Below are positions 28,529 to 38,596 of a DNA stretch of 64,000 bases, piece after piece (position 1 is the first letter of the stretch; every line of letters begins with the position of its first letter). The stretch is from Acidobacteriota bacterium. Its GTDB lineage: Bacteria > Acidobacteriota > Vicinamibacteria > Vicinamibacterales > SCN-69-37. Location of the stretch: NCBI GenBank assembly GCA_020853395.1, contig JADYYY010000011.1, positions 362,166 through 426,165 on the forward strand, read 5' to 3'. Below the pieces are notes generated by a model. It did not search any database and was not told the DNA's origin. It saw only the letters and a program-made list of their open reading frames with translations. The position numbers and the translations under genes were made by a program.

Positions 28529-30450
28529 TCCGGCTCCGCGCGTTCGCCGCCGCGGCGCTGGCGATCGGCGCGACGATGGCGCTGCCGCGCGCGCAGGCCG
28601 GCCCGGCGCAAGTGTTCACCGGCGCGGTCGATCTCGTGGACGTCGAGGTCTCGGTCCTCGACCGTCATCGGCTGCCGGTCCGCGATCTCACGACCGCCGA
28701 CTTCACGGTGCTCGAAGAGGGGCAGCCACGGCCGATCGTCGCGTTCACGCCGGTCGATCTGCCGCGGCGCGTGCTGCCGCCGGCCGCCTGGATGGACGAC
28801 GTCGCGCCGGACGTGCACACGAACGTCTTTCCGCGCGAGGGCCGGCTCGTCGTCATCCTGCTCGACGCGTTCATCGACGCTGCCGATGCGGTAGAGGGCC
28901 GGCGGATCGCCGAGGCGGCGGTGCAGCAACTGCGGCACGGCGACATGGCGGCGATCGCCTGGACGATGCCGGGCGTGCCGCAGAACTTCACGGCGGACCG
29001 CCAGCGGCTGTTGGACGTGATCCGGCAGCCGGTGTTCAACGTGCCGGGCGGCGAGCGCACCGGCACGGGCTTCTGTCCCTGCGGTAACGGCGCGTGCGCG
29101 ATGGAGGCGATCGCGTCGGCCGCCGAAGGGATCCAGGACGTCGGGTGGCGGCGCAAGATCCTGCTGTTCGTCGGCCGGCGGCTGCCGCTGCGCGGACAGG
29201 GCGGATGCGGGTCGATGATCGACGCGGCGCGGCGGCGGGCGCTCCGTGCATCGGAAGCCGGCAATCTCACGATCCACGTGATCGACCCGCGCGGCCTCGA
29301 CACGCTCGCGCCGCCGGCCTCGGCGCGCGGCATCGTGTCGCGGCCGCCGCCGGGCATGGACGCGCGGCGGATCTCCGGTCTGCTCGCCGTCACGTCGCCG
29401 ACCGGTGGCCGGCTGGTCACGCGCAACGATCCATCGGCGGTGCTGCCGGAAGTGTTCCGCGAGAGCGATGCGTACTACGTGCTGGGATTCCCGCCTGCCG
29501 CCGTGAAGCCCGACGGGCGCTTCCGGCGGATCACGGTGAAGGTGAACCGGAAGGACGTGACGCTGCAGGCGCGGCGCGGCTACTACGCGGGCGGCCACCC
29601 GCTGCCGAAGCCGGCGCGCCTGGCGGAGGGCCTGCCGCCGGCGCTGGTCGCCAGCGTCACCGGCCTGTGGCCGAAGACCGATCTGCAGATGGCGCTGAGC
29701 GCCGTGCCGGTCGCGCGGCCGGGGCTGCGCGGCGGCGTCGTGGCCGTGCTGGTGCGCGTGCGGCGGGACCGCGTCGCGGCCGAGAGCGGCATCGCCGTGG
29801 CGCCGGACGCTGGCTCGGGCGCGAACGCCGTCCTGCTCACGACCGCGCTCGACAGCAACGGCAACACGCTCGGCCTCGATCGCCGCGATGCGACCGTGAC
29901 GCCGAGGCGCACCGGCGATGGCCTCGTGGAGTACGAGCTGGCGTCGCGTCTGGAATTGAAGCCGGGGCGCTACGAGATCCGCGCGGCCGTCGAGGACGCC
30001 GCGACCGGGCGGACCGGCAGCGCTTACACGTACGTCGACGTGCCGGACTTCGGCCGGCAGCTCGTGTCGTTGTCGGGCATGTTCGTCCAGGCGGGAGGCG
30101 ACGCCGGGGCGATTGCCGGGGCGCCGCTCGTCGATCTCACGCCGCTCGTGCCGACGACGCGCCGCGAGTTCTCGCGCACCGAGCGCGTGCGCGCGTTCGT
30201 GCACGAGTACCAGAGCGCCGCGCGGACGTTCATGCCCGGCTACGCGACGACGGAGATCCGCGACGATACGGATACGCGCGTCTATCACCGCGAGGAGCGG
30301 ATCGTCCCGGCCGGCCCGCAGCACCAGGCGATGGACTTCGCGGTGGACGTCCCCGTGTCGTCGCTGCGGCCCGGCGCGCACGTTCTGACGTTCACGGTCC
30401 GGCACGGGAACGAGACGGCGCGCCGCGAGGTGCGCTTCGTCGTGGAGTGA
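28525..30450 (+). CDS. VWFA-related exported protein of the acidobacterial type
   Basis: There is a signal peptide, then FTGAVDLVDVEVSVLDRHRLPVRDLTTADFTVLEEGQPRPI and YYVLGF...DGRFRRITVKV, as in the family I recall as the acidobacterial VWFA-related domain. An ATGA overlap joins it to the upstream gene. Confidence 0.75.
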   Translation: MIRLRAFAAAALAIGATMALPRAQAGPAQVFTGAVDLVDVEVSVLDRHRLPVRDLTTADFTVLEEGQPRPIVAFTPVDLPRRVLPPAAWMDDVAPDVHTNVFPREGRLVVILLDAFIDAADAVEGRRIAEAAVQQLRHGDMAAIAWTMPGVPQNFTADRQRLLDVIRQPVFNVPGGERTGTGFCPCGNGACAMEAIASAAEGIQDVGWRRKILLFVGRRLPLRGQGGCGSMIDAARRRALRASEAGNLTIHVIDPRGLDTLAPPASARGIVSRPPPGMDARRISGLLAVTSPTGGRLVTRNDPSAVLPEVFRESDAYYVLGFPPAAVKPDGRFRRITVKVNRKDVTLQARRGYYAGGHPLPKPARLAEGLPPALVASVTGLWPKTDLQMALSAVPVARPGLRGGVVAVLVRVRRDRVAAESGIAVAPDAGSGANAVLLTTALDSNGNTLGLDRRDATVTPRRTGDGLVEYELASRLELKPGRYEIRAAVEDAATGRTGSAYTYVDVPDFGRQLVSLSGMFVQAGGDAGAIAGAPLVDLTPLVPTTRREFSRTERVRAFVHEYQSAARTFMPGYATTEIRDDTDTRVYHREERIVPAGPQHQAMDFAVDVPVSSLRPGAHVLTFTVRHGNETARREVRFVVE

Positions 30451-30451
30451 C

Positions 30452-31282
30452 GTGAGGCTCGCGGCCTGCAACGAGATGTTCGAGGGCTGGCCGTTCAGCC
30501 GCGTCTGCCGGACGCTCGCCGGCCTCGGCTACGACGGTGTCGAGCTGGCGCCGTTCACGTTCGCGCCGGCGATCGGAGGCTGGTCGCGTGACGCCCGTGC
30601 CGCCGCACGCCGGATCGCCTCGGACGCCGGGCTCGAGGTCGTCGGCTTGCACTGGCTGCTGGCGCGCACGGAGGGACTGCACCTCACGTCACCCGATCCC
30701 GACGCGCGCGCTCGCACGAGCGCTTACCTGATCGATCTGGCGCACGCCTGCCACGACCTTGGCGGGACCGTGATGGTCTTCGGATCTCCGGCCCAACGCC
30801 AGCGGCTTCCCGGCGTGTCGCACGATGCGGCCATGGACTACGCGGTGGAGACGTTTCGCGCCGCGATGCCGGCGATCGGCGATCTGGGCGTGCGGATCTG
30901 CATGGAGCCGCTGTCGCCCGACGAGACCAACTTCGTGAACACGTGCGCGGACGCGATCGACTTGATCGACGCCGTGGACCATCCGCAGTTCGTCCTGCAG
31001 CTCGACGTCAAGGCCATGGCGAGCGAGACGGTACCGGTCGCCGAGCTGATTCGACGCCACGCGGGACGGGCCGGCCACGTTCACGCGAACGATCCCAACC
31101 GGCGCGGGCCGGGATTCGGCGACGAGGACTTCGCGCCGATCCTCCGCGCGCTCGACGAGCGGCACTATCGCGGGTGGATCTCGGTCGAGGTCTTCGACTA
31201 CACACCCGATCCTGAAACGATCGCGCGGCGGAGCCTCGAGTACTTGCGACAATGCCACCGCGCGGTGGAGACGACGAGATGA
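30452..31282 (+). CDS. sugar phosphate isomerase/epimerase (xylose isomerase-like TIM barrel)
   Basis: The GTG start lies 1 nt after the preceding stop. LGYDGVELAPF, CMEPL, HVHAND and WISVE match the TIM-barrel metal-site pattern. Confidence 0.75.
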   Translation: MRLAACNEMFEGWPFSRVCRTLAGLGYDGVELAPFTFAPAIGGWSRDARAAARRIASDAGLEVVGLHWLLARTEGLHLTSPDPDARARTSAYLIDLAHACHDLGGTVMVFGSPAQRQRLPGVSHDAAMDYAVETFRAAMPAIGDLGVRICMEPLSPDETNFVNTCADAIDLIDAVDHPQFVLQLDVKAMASETVPVAELIRRHAGRAGHVHANDPNRRGPGFGDEDFAPILRALDERHYRGWISVEVFDYTPDPETIARRSLEYLRQCHRAVETTR

Positions 31283-32232
31283 GCTGGACGCCGTTCGCCG
31301 GGTTCGCGCTGATCGGGATCGCCGCCGTGGCGGCACAGTCCTCGCCGCCGGGGATCGAGATCTCACCCGATGCCGCGCGCCAGCAGGTGGCGATCGCCAT
31401 CGACGGCAAGCCGTTCACGACCTATCGGTACGGGCCGGCGTTTCCCGACAAGCCGGTGTTCTACCCCGTGCTCGGCCCGAACGGCGCGCGCGTGAATCGC
31501 GAGTTTCCGATGGTGAAGGACGTGCCGGGTGAATCGAACGATCACCCGCACCATCAGTCGCTGTTCTTCACGTACGACGAGGTGAACGGCACGAACTTCT
31601 GGAATCCGGAGCCGACCGGCCGTCGCATCGTCCATCGCGATCTGCGCGTGGAGGGCAGCACGCTCACGGCGGTGCTCGAGTGGCGCGACAACGGCGGCGG
31701 CCTGGTGTTCGAGGAGACGAAGCGCGTGACCTTCGGCGGCGCCCGCGACGTGTTCTGGATGGACCACGACATCACGCTCCGCGCGCCCGACGTGGCCGTG
31801 ACGATGGGCGACACGAAGGAAGGCGCATTCGGCCTGCGGCTGAACGACACGTTGAAGGAGGCGGGCGGCACCGGCCGGTACATCGACGCCGAAGGCCGGG
31901 AGACGGCGGCGAACGTCTGGGGCAAGACCAGCCGATGGGTGGCGATCCGCGGCACCGTCCGGGACCAGGCGGGCAGCCACGACGTGACCGTCGCGATCTT
32001 CGCGCATCCGTCGACGATCAACGCGCCGCCGTACTGGCACGCGCGCGACTACGGGCTGTTCGCGATGAATCCTTTCTCGCGCAACGGCTACGATCCGTCC
32101 CAACCCAAACGGATCACCACGGTGGCGAAGGGCGGCGCGATCCACGTACGCGCGCGCCTGGCCGTCTACGCCGGCCAGGTGGACAAGGCGCGGCTGGATC
32201 GCGACGCCGCGTCGGCGGCCGCGGCACGCTAG
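31279..32232 (+). CDS. PmoA-like family protein (DUF6807-type), secreted
   Basis: The start ATG at 31279 overlaps the upstream stop (ATGA). DKPVFYPVLGPNG, HPHHQSLFFTY, NFWN and YWHARDYGLFAMNPF are typical of the so-called PmoA family proteins. Confidence 0.75.
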   Translation: MSWTPFAGFALIGIAAVAAQSSPPGIEISPDAARQQVAIAIDGKPFTTYRYGPAFPDKPVFYPVLGPNGARVNREFPMVKDVPGESNDHPHHQSLFFTYDEVNGTNFWNPEPTGRRIVHRDLRVEGSTLTAVLEWRDNGGGLVFEETKRVTFGGARDVFWMDHDITLRAPDVAVTMGDTKEGAFGLRLNDTLKEAGGTGRYIDAEGRETAANVWGKTSRWVAIRGTVRDQAGSHDVTVAIFAHPSTINAPPYWHARDYGLFAMNPFSRNGYDPSQPKRITTVAKGGAIHVRARLAVYAGQVDKARLDRDAASAAAAR

Positions 32233-32368
32233 CCGCAGCGTGTGCGCTCGTCCGCGGGGCTGGAGCCCTGCAGTGGCACGCGTCGAGTCCTCGCTTGCGG
32301 CCGGACCGTCGAGCCTCCAGAGCACGATGGCCTTCGGCCGCCGGTATAGAGTCGTGGGCGACGCCTGC

Positions 32369-34099
32369 ATGACGCGTGCGCGCCTGCTCCTCACCGCCAT
32401 CGTCTTCGCCTTGCCGGCGGCGCTCCTGACGAACGAGCGCTTCCGTCCGGTCGACGAGCGCGTCGCGATCTCGTCGGCGCATCCGATCCACGACTTCGCG
32501 CTCGATCGCGCGGAGCCCATCTACGTCGAGTACGGCCTGACGCTCCGCTCGTCCGGCGAGCGGCGGCCGACGGCGACGATCGATGTGAACGGCGTGCCGG
32601 TGGCGATCGTGCCGGGCGAGCGGCTCTACGTGGCGATCGGCGGCAGGGTGCTCGCGCCGGTCACGGCCGCACGTGCCGGCCGCAACGCGCTCGGCGTGCG
32701 GCTTCAGGGCGATCCCGGCGCCACCTTCGAGCTGCGCGGGCGCGTGCAGAACTACTACGGCATCGCGCCCGACTTCCCGCGCGTGTTCGTCGTCGCCGAC
32801 GAGAGCGTGCGCCAGCGTGACGCGCTCGAGCCGGGCGCCGTCACGGCGCGACGCTGGGCCATCTGCCTCGTCGCGGGGTTCGCCTTCGCCGCCGCCCTCG
32901 ATCGCGTCGTCGCGCGCGGACGCCGCCGGTGGGTCGTGCTCACGTCGCCGGCGTGGCTGCTGTGGGTGGTTCTCATCTACGGCATGGCGACGCCGCTGCA
33001 CGTCTGGCTGTCGGTCGAGGCGACCGGCGCTTGCGCGGCCGTCGGATGCCTGCTGGCCTTTGGGCTGCGCGCGGTGACCACGCATCGGCGCGCGGTCCTC
33101 AAATGGGCGGCGGTCGTGCTCGTCAACGTCCTCGTGCTCGAGGGCGCGCTGCGGGTGTTCAACGCGGTGCGGCCGAGTTTCATCTTCTACACGAGCGGAT
33201 ACGAACGGTATCGAGGCCGTCCCGGCGCGCCGTTCTTCGACACGCGCCTCAACTCGGGCGGCTTCAACGACAGAGCGCATCCGCTCGTGCGGCCTCCGAA
33301 CGTGAGACGGCGCATTGCCGCGATCGGCGACTCGTTCGCGTTGGGCGTCGTGCCGCACCGAGACAACTTCCTCACGCGGCTCGAAACCGAGCTGGACGCC
33401 GGCGGGTCGGTCGAGGTCATCAACATCGGCATTCCGGCGACCGAGCCTGCCGACTACCTGGCGATGCTCGTCGGGGAGGCGCTGCCGTACGCGCCGGATC
33501 TGGTGCTGACGTGCGTGTTCATCGGCAACGACTTCGAAACGCCCGGCCGTCGCTGGTACGACCGTTCGTTCGCCGCCACGTTCGTCCGTGCGTTGTGGCG
33601 GCTGCGCGGCGGCGTGCCGCCGGCGCCAGCGGCGGCAGGCGGCGCTGCTGTCGAGTATCACGACGACGAGCCGAGCCTGCCGACGGATCGATTTCTCGAG
33701 ATCGAAGTCGATCGGTCGTGGCTCTATGTGCGCGGCGGCAGCGTGTTGCCGGTAGCCGCCAGCCGCGTCGCCGGAGAGCTCGGCGCCATGCGCGACGTCG
33801 CGCGGCGTGCGGGGGCAGACTTCGCGGTCGCGCTGATTCCCGACGAAGTCCAGGTCGACGAGCGGCTGCGAGCCGACGTCGCGCGCGCGTCCGGGCACGC
33901 CGAGGGCGACCTCGACTTCGAGCAGCCGAATCGGCTGCTCTCGGATCGGCTCAGGGCTGACGGGATCCAGGTGATCGATCTGCTGCCGGCCTTTGCCGCG
34001 GCGGGCCGCACCACGCGCTTGTACAAGCCGCAGGACACGCACTGGAACATCGCCGGCAATCGGCTCGCGGCGACAGAAATCGCAGCGGCGCTGCGCTGA
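32369..34099 (+). CDS. membrane-anchored SGNH/GDSL-type hydrolase or O-acyltransferase (AlgX/AlgJ-like)
   Basis: The SGNH blocks are IAAIGDSFALG (block I), CVFIGNDFE (block III) and PQDTHWN (block V). Several TM helices lie upstream. The start is uncertain (32240, 32327 or 32369). Confidence 0.7.
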   Translation: MTRARLLLTAIVFALPAALLTNERFRPVDERVAISSAHPIHDFALDRAEPIYVEYGLTLRSSGERRPTATIDVNGVPVAIVPGERLYVAIGGRVLAPVTAARAGRNALGVRLQGDPGATFELRGRVQNYYGIAPDFPRVFVVADESVRQRDALEPGAVTARRWAICLVAGFAFAAALDRVVARGRRRWVVLTSPAWLLWVVLIYGMATPLHVWLSVEATGACAAVGCLLAFGLRAVTTHRRAVLKWAAVVLVNVLVLEGALRVFNAVRPSFIFYTSGYERYRGRPGAPFFDTRLNSGGFNDRAHPLVRPPNVRRRIAAIGDSFALGVVPHRDNFLTRLETELDAGGSVEVINIGIPATEPADYLAMLVGEALPYAPDLVLTCVFIGNDFETPGRRWYDRSFAATFVRALWRLRGGVPPAPAAAGGAAVEYHDDEPSLPTDRFLEIEVDRSWLYVRGGSVLPVAASRVAGELGAMRDVARRAGADFAVALIPDEVQVDERLRADVARASGHAEGDLDFEQPNRLLSDRLRADGIQVIDLLPAFAAAGRTTRLYKPQDTHWNIAGNRLAATEIAAALR

Positions 34100-34260
34100 G
34101 CCCTCGAGTCCGTTTCAAGACTTCCGCGGCGGGGCTGGCGCCGGATGGGGCCGCCCCGCGTGACGCGCAGGCGACGCGCGCGATCACGCGCTGTGGGCCG
34201 AGCCCCGCGTCGGGCTGTCCGGCGACAGGGCCCGCGCTCGCCGAGGTTCGAAACGCGTTC

Positions 34261-34629
34261 TCAGCGGACGGCGGCCACCGTCAGCTCGTTCGATCCGTTC
34301 GCGCGCAGGACGACATGCCGGTGGCCGTGCGGGCACGTGAGCTCGATCGCGCCCTCGTCGTTCGATATCGCGCTCACGTGCAATCGGGCACCGCAGCCGC
34401 CCTCGCGACACGAGAAGAACGCGAGATCGGCGACGACATCTGGCGTGAACGGACCCTCGAGCCGCTGCTTCCACGCCTTCTCGCACGGAAAACAGAGGTA
34501 ATGCCGTGTGTAGGGCGTCGTGTTGAAGTGATCGCCGCGCTTGTGCGCGCCCTGACCGCTCGTGTCTTCGTAGGCGAACGTCAACGGGTCGTCGCAGTCA
34601 GGGCAGGGCGGCGCGTGCCGGTCGGTCAT
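34261..34629 (-). CDS. hypothetical Cys-rich (double zinc-ribbon-like) protein
   Basis: This is the lower part of track ORF 34261..35208, with the ATG at 34629. The Cys pairs are CPDC...CFPC and CREGGC...CPHGH. It lies 11 nt downstream of the receiver gene. Confidence 0.5.
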   Translation of the reverse strand: MTDRHAPPCPDCDDPLTFAYEDTSGQGAHKRGDHFNTTPYTRHYLCFPCEKAWKQRLEGPFTPDVVADLAFFSCREGGCGARLHVSAISNDEGAIELTCPHGHRHVVLRANGSNELTVAAVR

Positions 34630-34640
34630 CGACCGACACG

Positions 34641-35006
34641 CTATCGTGCCGGCGGCGACGCGAGCAACTGCTTGATCGCATCCACGAGCGCCGTGAAGTC
34701 GATCGGCTTGCGGATCGCGACGTCGTACTCGCCGGCGTCTGGCGGCGGCAGCTTCGCCGCCGCGCTGGCCAGGATGATCGGCACGCGCGGGCCGGCGGAC
34801 GCGCGGATGCGCCGCGCGAGCTCGAGCCCATCCATGCGCGGCATCATGTAGTCCGTGATCACGAGATCGGGATGGCGATCCTGGAACGTCGCCCAGGCCT
34901 GCGCGCCCTCGGCGGCGGTCTGCACGTCGAACCCTTCGGCGCACAGCAACCAGTCGAGCACGACGAGCGTGTCCGGTTCGTCGTCGACGATCAGGATGGT
35001 GCTCAC
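34641..35006 (-). CDS. single-domain response regulator (receiver only)
   Basis: The GTG start at 35006 gives VSTILIVDDEPD. The phospho-acceptor context is DLVITDYMMPRMDG and the conserved Lys lies in VAIRKP. There is no output domain. Confidence 0.8.
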   Translation of the reverse strand: MSTILIVDDEPDTLVVLDWLLCAEGFDVQTAAEGAQAWATFQDRHPDLVITDYMMPRMDGLELARRIRASAGPRVPIILASAAAKLPPPDAGEYDVAIRKPIDFTALVDAIKQLLASPPAR

Positions 35007-35271
35007 GGGATAGTGGAAACCGTGTCGGGGACACCCTTCTCGACGAGCTGCAGGTCGACGCCGATGGTGGACCCCGACATTCGTATGGTCTTTCGCGGAG
35101 CAACTGCCGTGCCGTAGGCGGCCCTCCGATGGGGCAGGCCGCAACCATGACGAGGTCGCCCCGGAGGGAGACGAGGCTTGCCGGCCGTGGCACCGGAGAG
35201 CCCGACATGGGAATCGCGGGGCGTCCTGCGCGGCAGCCCGGCGGGATACGTGCGGAGGCCGGACGGCCGCC

Positions 35272-36531
35272 TCAATGCTCGACGAAATCGAGGTCGCGGC
35301 CGTGGGTTTCCGGCAGGCGAGCCAGGGCGAGGAACGCCACGGCGAGCACGACGGCGCCGACGAGCGCGCCCGCGCCCGCAAGGCCCAGCGTTGGCGCGAG
35401 CGCCTGGAACCCTGACGTGATCGGCACCACCGCGCCGCGGACGAAGTTGGGCGCCGTCGTCGTCGCCGTCGCGCGGAGGTTGGTGCCGAACTGCTCGGCC
35501 GCGACGGTCACGAACACCGCCCAGTATCCGGTCGCGACGCCGAGCGCGCCGCAGAGCGCGTAGAAGACCGCGGGCGACTTGTCCCAGGGCAGAAAGTACG
35601 CAGCGACGCCGAGCGTGGTGAGCGAGAGAAACCACCGCAGCACGCGCTTCCGGCTCGCGACGACCTGCGACAGCGCGCCGCTCGCGAGGTCGCCGACCGA
35701 CAGGCCGATGTACGCGAACAGGATCGCTCGTGCCGACGTCGGCGCCGGCACGATACCCATCGTGCGTCCGAACTCCGGGGAGAACGTGATCAGGATCGCG
35801 ACGACGTACCAGATCGGAATGCCGACGGCGATCACGGCGAGATAGCGCGTGGCGCGCTCGCGGGTCGCGAAGAGCTGCAGGAACCGCCCGCGGGTGAGCG
35901 CGGTCTTCGTGACCGCCTCGAACAGGCCGGACTCGCGGACGCCGAGACGGAGCACGAGGAGCAGCAGGCCCATCACGCCGCCCACGGCGTACGCCGCGCG
36001 CCAGTCGAACAGGTCGCCCACCACGACGGCCGCGATGGCGCCAGACAGGCCGATGCCGGCGACGGCACCGGTGGCGTAGCCTCGCTGGTGACGCGGCACG
36101 AGCTCGCTCACGAGCGTGATGCCGGCTCCGAGCTCGCCCGCCAGGCCGATCCCCGCGATGAACCGCAGCACCGCGTACTGTTCGACCGATGTGACGAGCG
36201 CGTTGAGCAGGTTCGCGATCGAGTACACGATGATCGATCCGAAGAGCACCGACAGCCGCCCGCGCCGATCGCCGAGCACGCCCCACGCGACGCCGCCGAT
36301 CAGCATCCCGAGCATCTGCATGTTCAGCAGGTGCACGCCGGTGGACAGCAGGTCCGCCGCCGGCACGCCGATCGCGCTCAGGCTCCGGATTCTGACGACG
36401 CTGAAGAGGAGGACGTCGTAGATGTCGACGAAGTAGCCCAGCGCGGCGACCAGCACCGCGACGAGGGCCGTGTGGCGAGGCGGCGACGCTGCCGGCGGCA
36501 CGTCGGAACCGTCCGGGCGCGGGAAAGGCAT
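35272..36531 (-). CDS. MFS transporter
   Basis: The protein is 419 aa with about 12 predicted helices. The MFS loop motif GVLGDRRGRL lies between TM2 and TM3. Confidence 0.85.
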   Translation of the reverse strand: MPFPRPDGSDVPPAASPPRHTALVAVLVAALGYFVDIYDVLLFSVVRIRSLSAIGVPAADLLSTGVHLLNMQMLGMLIGGVAWGVLGDRRGRLSVLFGSIIVYSIANLLNALVTSVEQYAVLRFIAGIGLAGELGAGITLVSELVPRHQRGYATGAVAGIGLSGAIAAVVVGDLFDWRAAYAVGGVMGLLLLVLRLGVRESGLFEAVTKTALTRGRFLQLFATRERATRYLAVIAVGIPIWYVVAILITFSPEFGRTMGIVPAPTSARAILFAYIGLSVGDLASGALSQVVASRKRVLRWFLSLTTLGVAAYFLPWDKSPAVFYALCGALGVATGYWAVFVTVAAEQFGTNLRATATTTAPNFVRGAVVPITSGFQALAPTLGLAGAGALVGAVVLAVAFLALARLPETHGRDLDFVEH

Positions 36532-36547
36532 GGCCGCGACGGCCGCC

Positions 36548-38596
36548 TCACCAGATCCGCACGCGCGCCTCGGGCGGCAGGAACAGCTTCTGGCTCGGCG
36601 TCGCGCCGAAGGCCGCGTACCACGCGTCCATGTTGCGGACCACGCCGTTCACGCGGTAGCGCGCCGGGCTGTGCGGATCGCTCATGACCTGCGTGCGCAG
36701 CCGCTCGTCGCGGATGACCTCGCGCCACACCTGCGCCCACGAGAGGAAGAAACGCTGATCGCCCGTGAGGGTCCGCAGCACCGGTGCCTCGCGGCCGCCG
36801 AGCGACAAGCGGTAGGCCTCGCGGGCGACGGACAACCCGCCGAGATCGCCGATGTTCTCGCCGAGCGTCAGCCGGCCGTTCACACGCAGCCCGGCCAGCG
36901 GCTCGTAGGCGTCGTACTGCGCGGCCAGGTCGCCCGTGCGCTGCTGGAAGGCGACCTCGTCTTCGGGCTGCCACCACGTGCGCAGGATGCCGTTCGCGTC
37001 CGACTTCGCTCCCTGATCGTCGAAGCCGTGGCCCATCTCGTGGCCGATGACGCCGCCGATGCCGCCGTAGTTGACCGCGTCGTCGGCGGACGGATCGAAG
37101 AACGGCGGCTGGAGGATCGCCGCGGGAAACACGATCTCGTTGAAGACCGAGCGGTAGTAGGCGTTGACGGTGTGGGGCGTCATCGCCCATTCGTCCCGAT
37201 CGGTCGGCGCGTCGATCCGGCTGCGCACCCGGTGCCAGTCGAACCGCTCGGCGCGGACGAGGTTGCCGAAGGCGTCGCCCGGGCGCACGTCGAGCGCGCC
37301 GTAGTCGCGCCATCGATCGGGATAGCCGATCTTCGGACGGAACGAGGCGAGCTTCTCGAGCGCGACCGTTTTCGTCGCCGGCGACATCCAGGAGAGGTTC
37401 CGAATGCGCTCGCCGTACGCCCGGCGGAGGTTCTCGACGAGGGCGAGCATCTTGGTCTTCGCCTCGGGCGGGAAATGGCGCGCGACGTAGAGCGCGCCGA
37501 CGGCTTCGCCGAGCGCCTCGCTCGTCGCCGTGACGGCGCGCTTCCAGCGATCGCGCAACTGCTGCTGGCCGTTCAGCGTGCGCCCGTGAAACGCGAAGTT
37601 CTCCTCGTCGAAGCGCTTCGGCAGGACGGCGGCCCGATTGTGGAGCAGGTGGTAGCGCAGATAGCTCTGCCAGGTCGGGACGGGGACGTCGCGGAACATC
37701 GCCGCCAGCGCAGCCACGGCGTCGATCTCGAGGACGACGAACTCGCGGCGATCGTCGAGACCGGCGGGCGCGAGGAGCGCCGTCCAGGGGAACGCCGGCG
37801 CGAGCGCGTCGAGCGCCGCGCGATCCCGCAGGTTGTACGTCAGGCTGCGGTCGCGGCGCTTGGCGATCGGCCAGTGCAGCTCGGCGATGCGCGTCTCGAG
37901 CGCCAGGATCGCGTCGGCCTGGCCGTCGGCATTCGGCGAGTGGGCGAGGCCGAGCATCCGGGCGACGTGCGCGCGGTACTGCGCGCGGATCTCGGCGAAG
38001 CTGGCGTCGGGCCTGAGGTAGTACTCGCGGTCTGGAAGGCCGAGGCCGCCTTGGCCGACGAGGGTGACGTAGCGATCGGGGTTCTTTTGATCGACGCCGA
38101 TGCCGAACGCGACCGGGCCGTCGAGATCGAGGCCAGGATCGCCCAGGAGCGCGAGGAGCGCCTCGTGGGTCGCGGCACGGTCGATCGCGGCGAGCGTCGG
38201 TGCGATCGGCGCCAGCCCGGCCGCGTCGATCGCGGCCGCGTCGAGGTAGGCGCGGTAGTAATCGCCGACTTTCCTCTGCGCCGAGCCGGCCGGGGCATCG
38301 GCCGGCAACGCGTCGATGATGGCGCGCACCTGTTCTTCGGCGCGCACCGACAGTTGATCGAACGCGCCCCATCGCGTGCGATCGGGCGGCACTTGGCTGG
38401 CGTCGATCCACTTGCCGTTCGCGTAGCGGTAGAAGTCGTCGCCGGGCGCAACGGACGGATCCTGCGCCGTCAGATCCAGGCCGAACTCCCCGATCGCGGC
38501 GGTGTGGCCGCCCTGCGCGCCGACGGTGGTGCAGCCGCAGAGAGACAGGGCGACCGACAGACAGGCCAGCACCCGCCGAAGCACAGCAATCGTCAT
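36548..38596 (-). CDS. M13 family metallopeptidase (PepO/endothelin-converting enzyme-like), probable lipoprotein
   Basis: The zinc site is VIGHEMGHGFDDQG (HExxH), with ENIGDLGG and NAYY. The N-terminal signal contains Cys residues (LSLCGC). Confidence 0.9.
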   Translation of the reverse strand: MTIAVLRRVLACLSVALSLCGCTTVGAQGGHTAAIGEFGLDLTAQDPSVAPGDDFYRYANGKWIDASQVPPDRTRWGAFDQLSVRAEEQVRAIIDALPADAPAGSAQRKVGDYYRAYLDAAAIDAAGLAPIAPTLAAIDRAATHEALLALLGDPGLDLDGPVAFGIGVDQKNPDRYVTLVGQGGLGLPDREYYLRPDASFAEIRAQYRAHVARMLGLAHSPNADGQADAILALETRIAELHWPIAKRRDRSLTYNLRDRAALDALAPAFPWTALLAPAGLDDRREFVVLEIDAVAALAAMFRDVPVPTWQSYLRYHLLHNRAAVLPKRFDEENFAFHGRTLNGQQQLRDRWKRAVTATSEALGEAVGALYVARHFPPEAKTKMLALVENLRRAYGERIRNLSWMSPATKTVALEKLASFRPKIGYPDRWRDYGALDVRPGDAFGNLVRAERFDWHRVRSRIDAPTDRDEWAMTPHTVNAYYRSVFNEIVFPAAILQPPFFDPSADDAVNYGGIGGVIGHEMGHGFDDQGAKSDANGILRTWWQPEDEVAFQQRTGDLAAQYDAYEPLAGLRVNGRLTLGENIGDLGGLSVAREAYRLSLGGREAPVLRTLTGDQRFFLSWAQVWREVIRDERLRTQVMSDPHSPARYRVNGVVRNMDAWYAAFGATPSQKLFLPPEARVRIW

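Noticed and set aside
34126-34160. A GC-rich stem (GCGGGGC / GCCCCGC) after the SGNH gene, considered as a terminator
   Set aside because: The loop is 17 nt with internal mismatches and no downstream T-tract. I could not distinguish it from background GC-rich self-complementarity.
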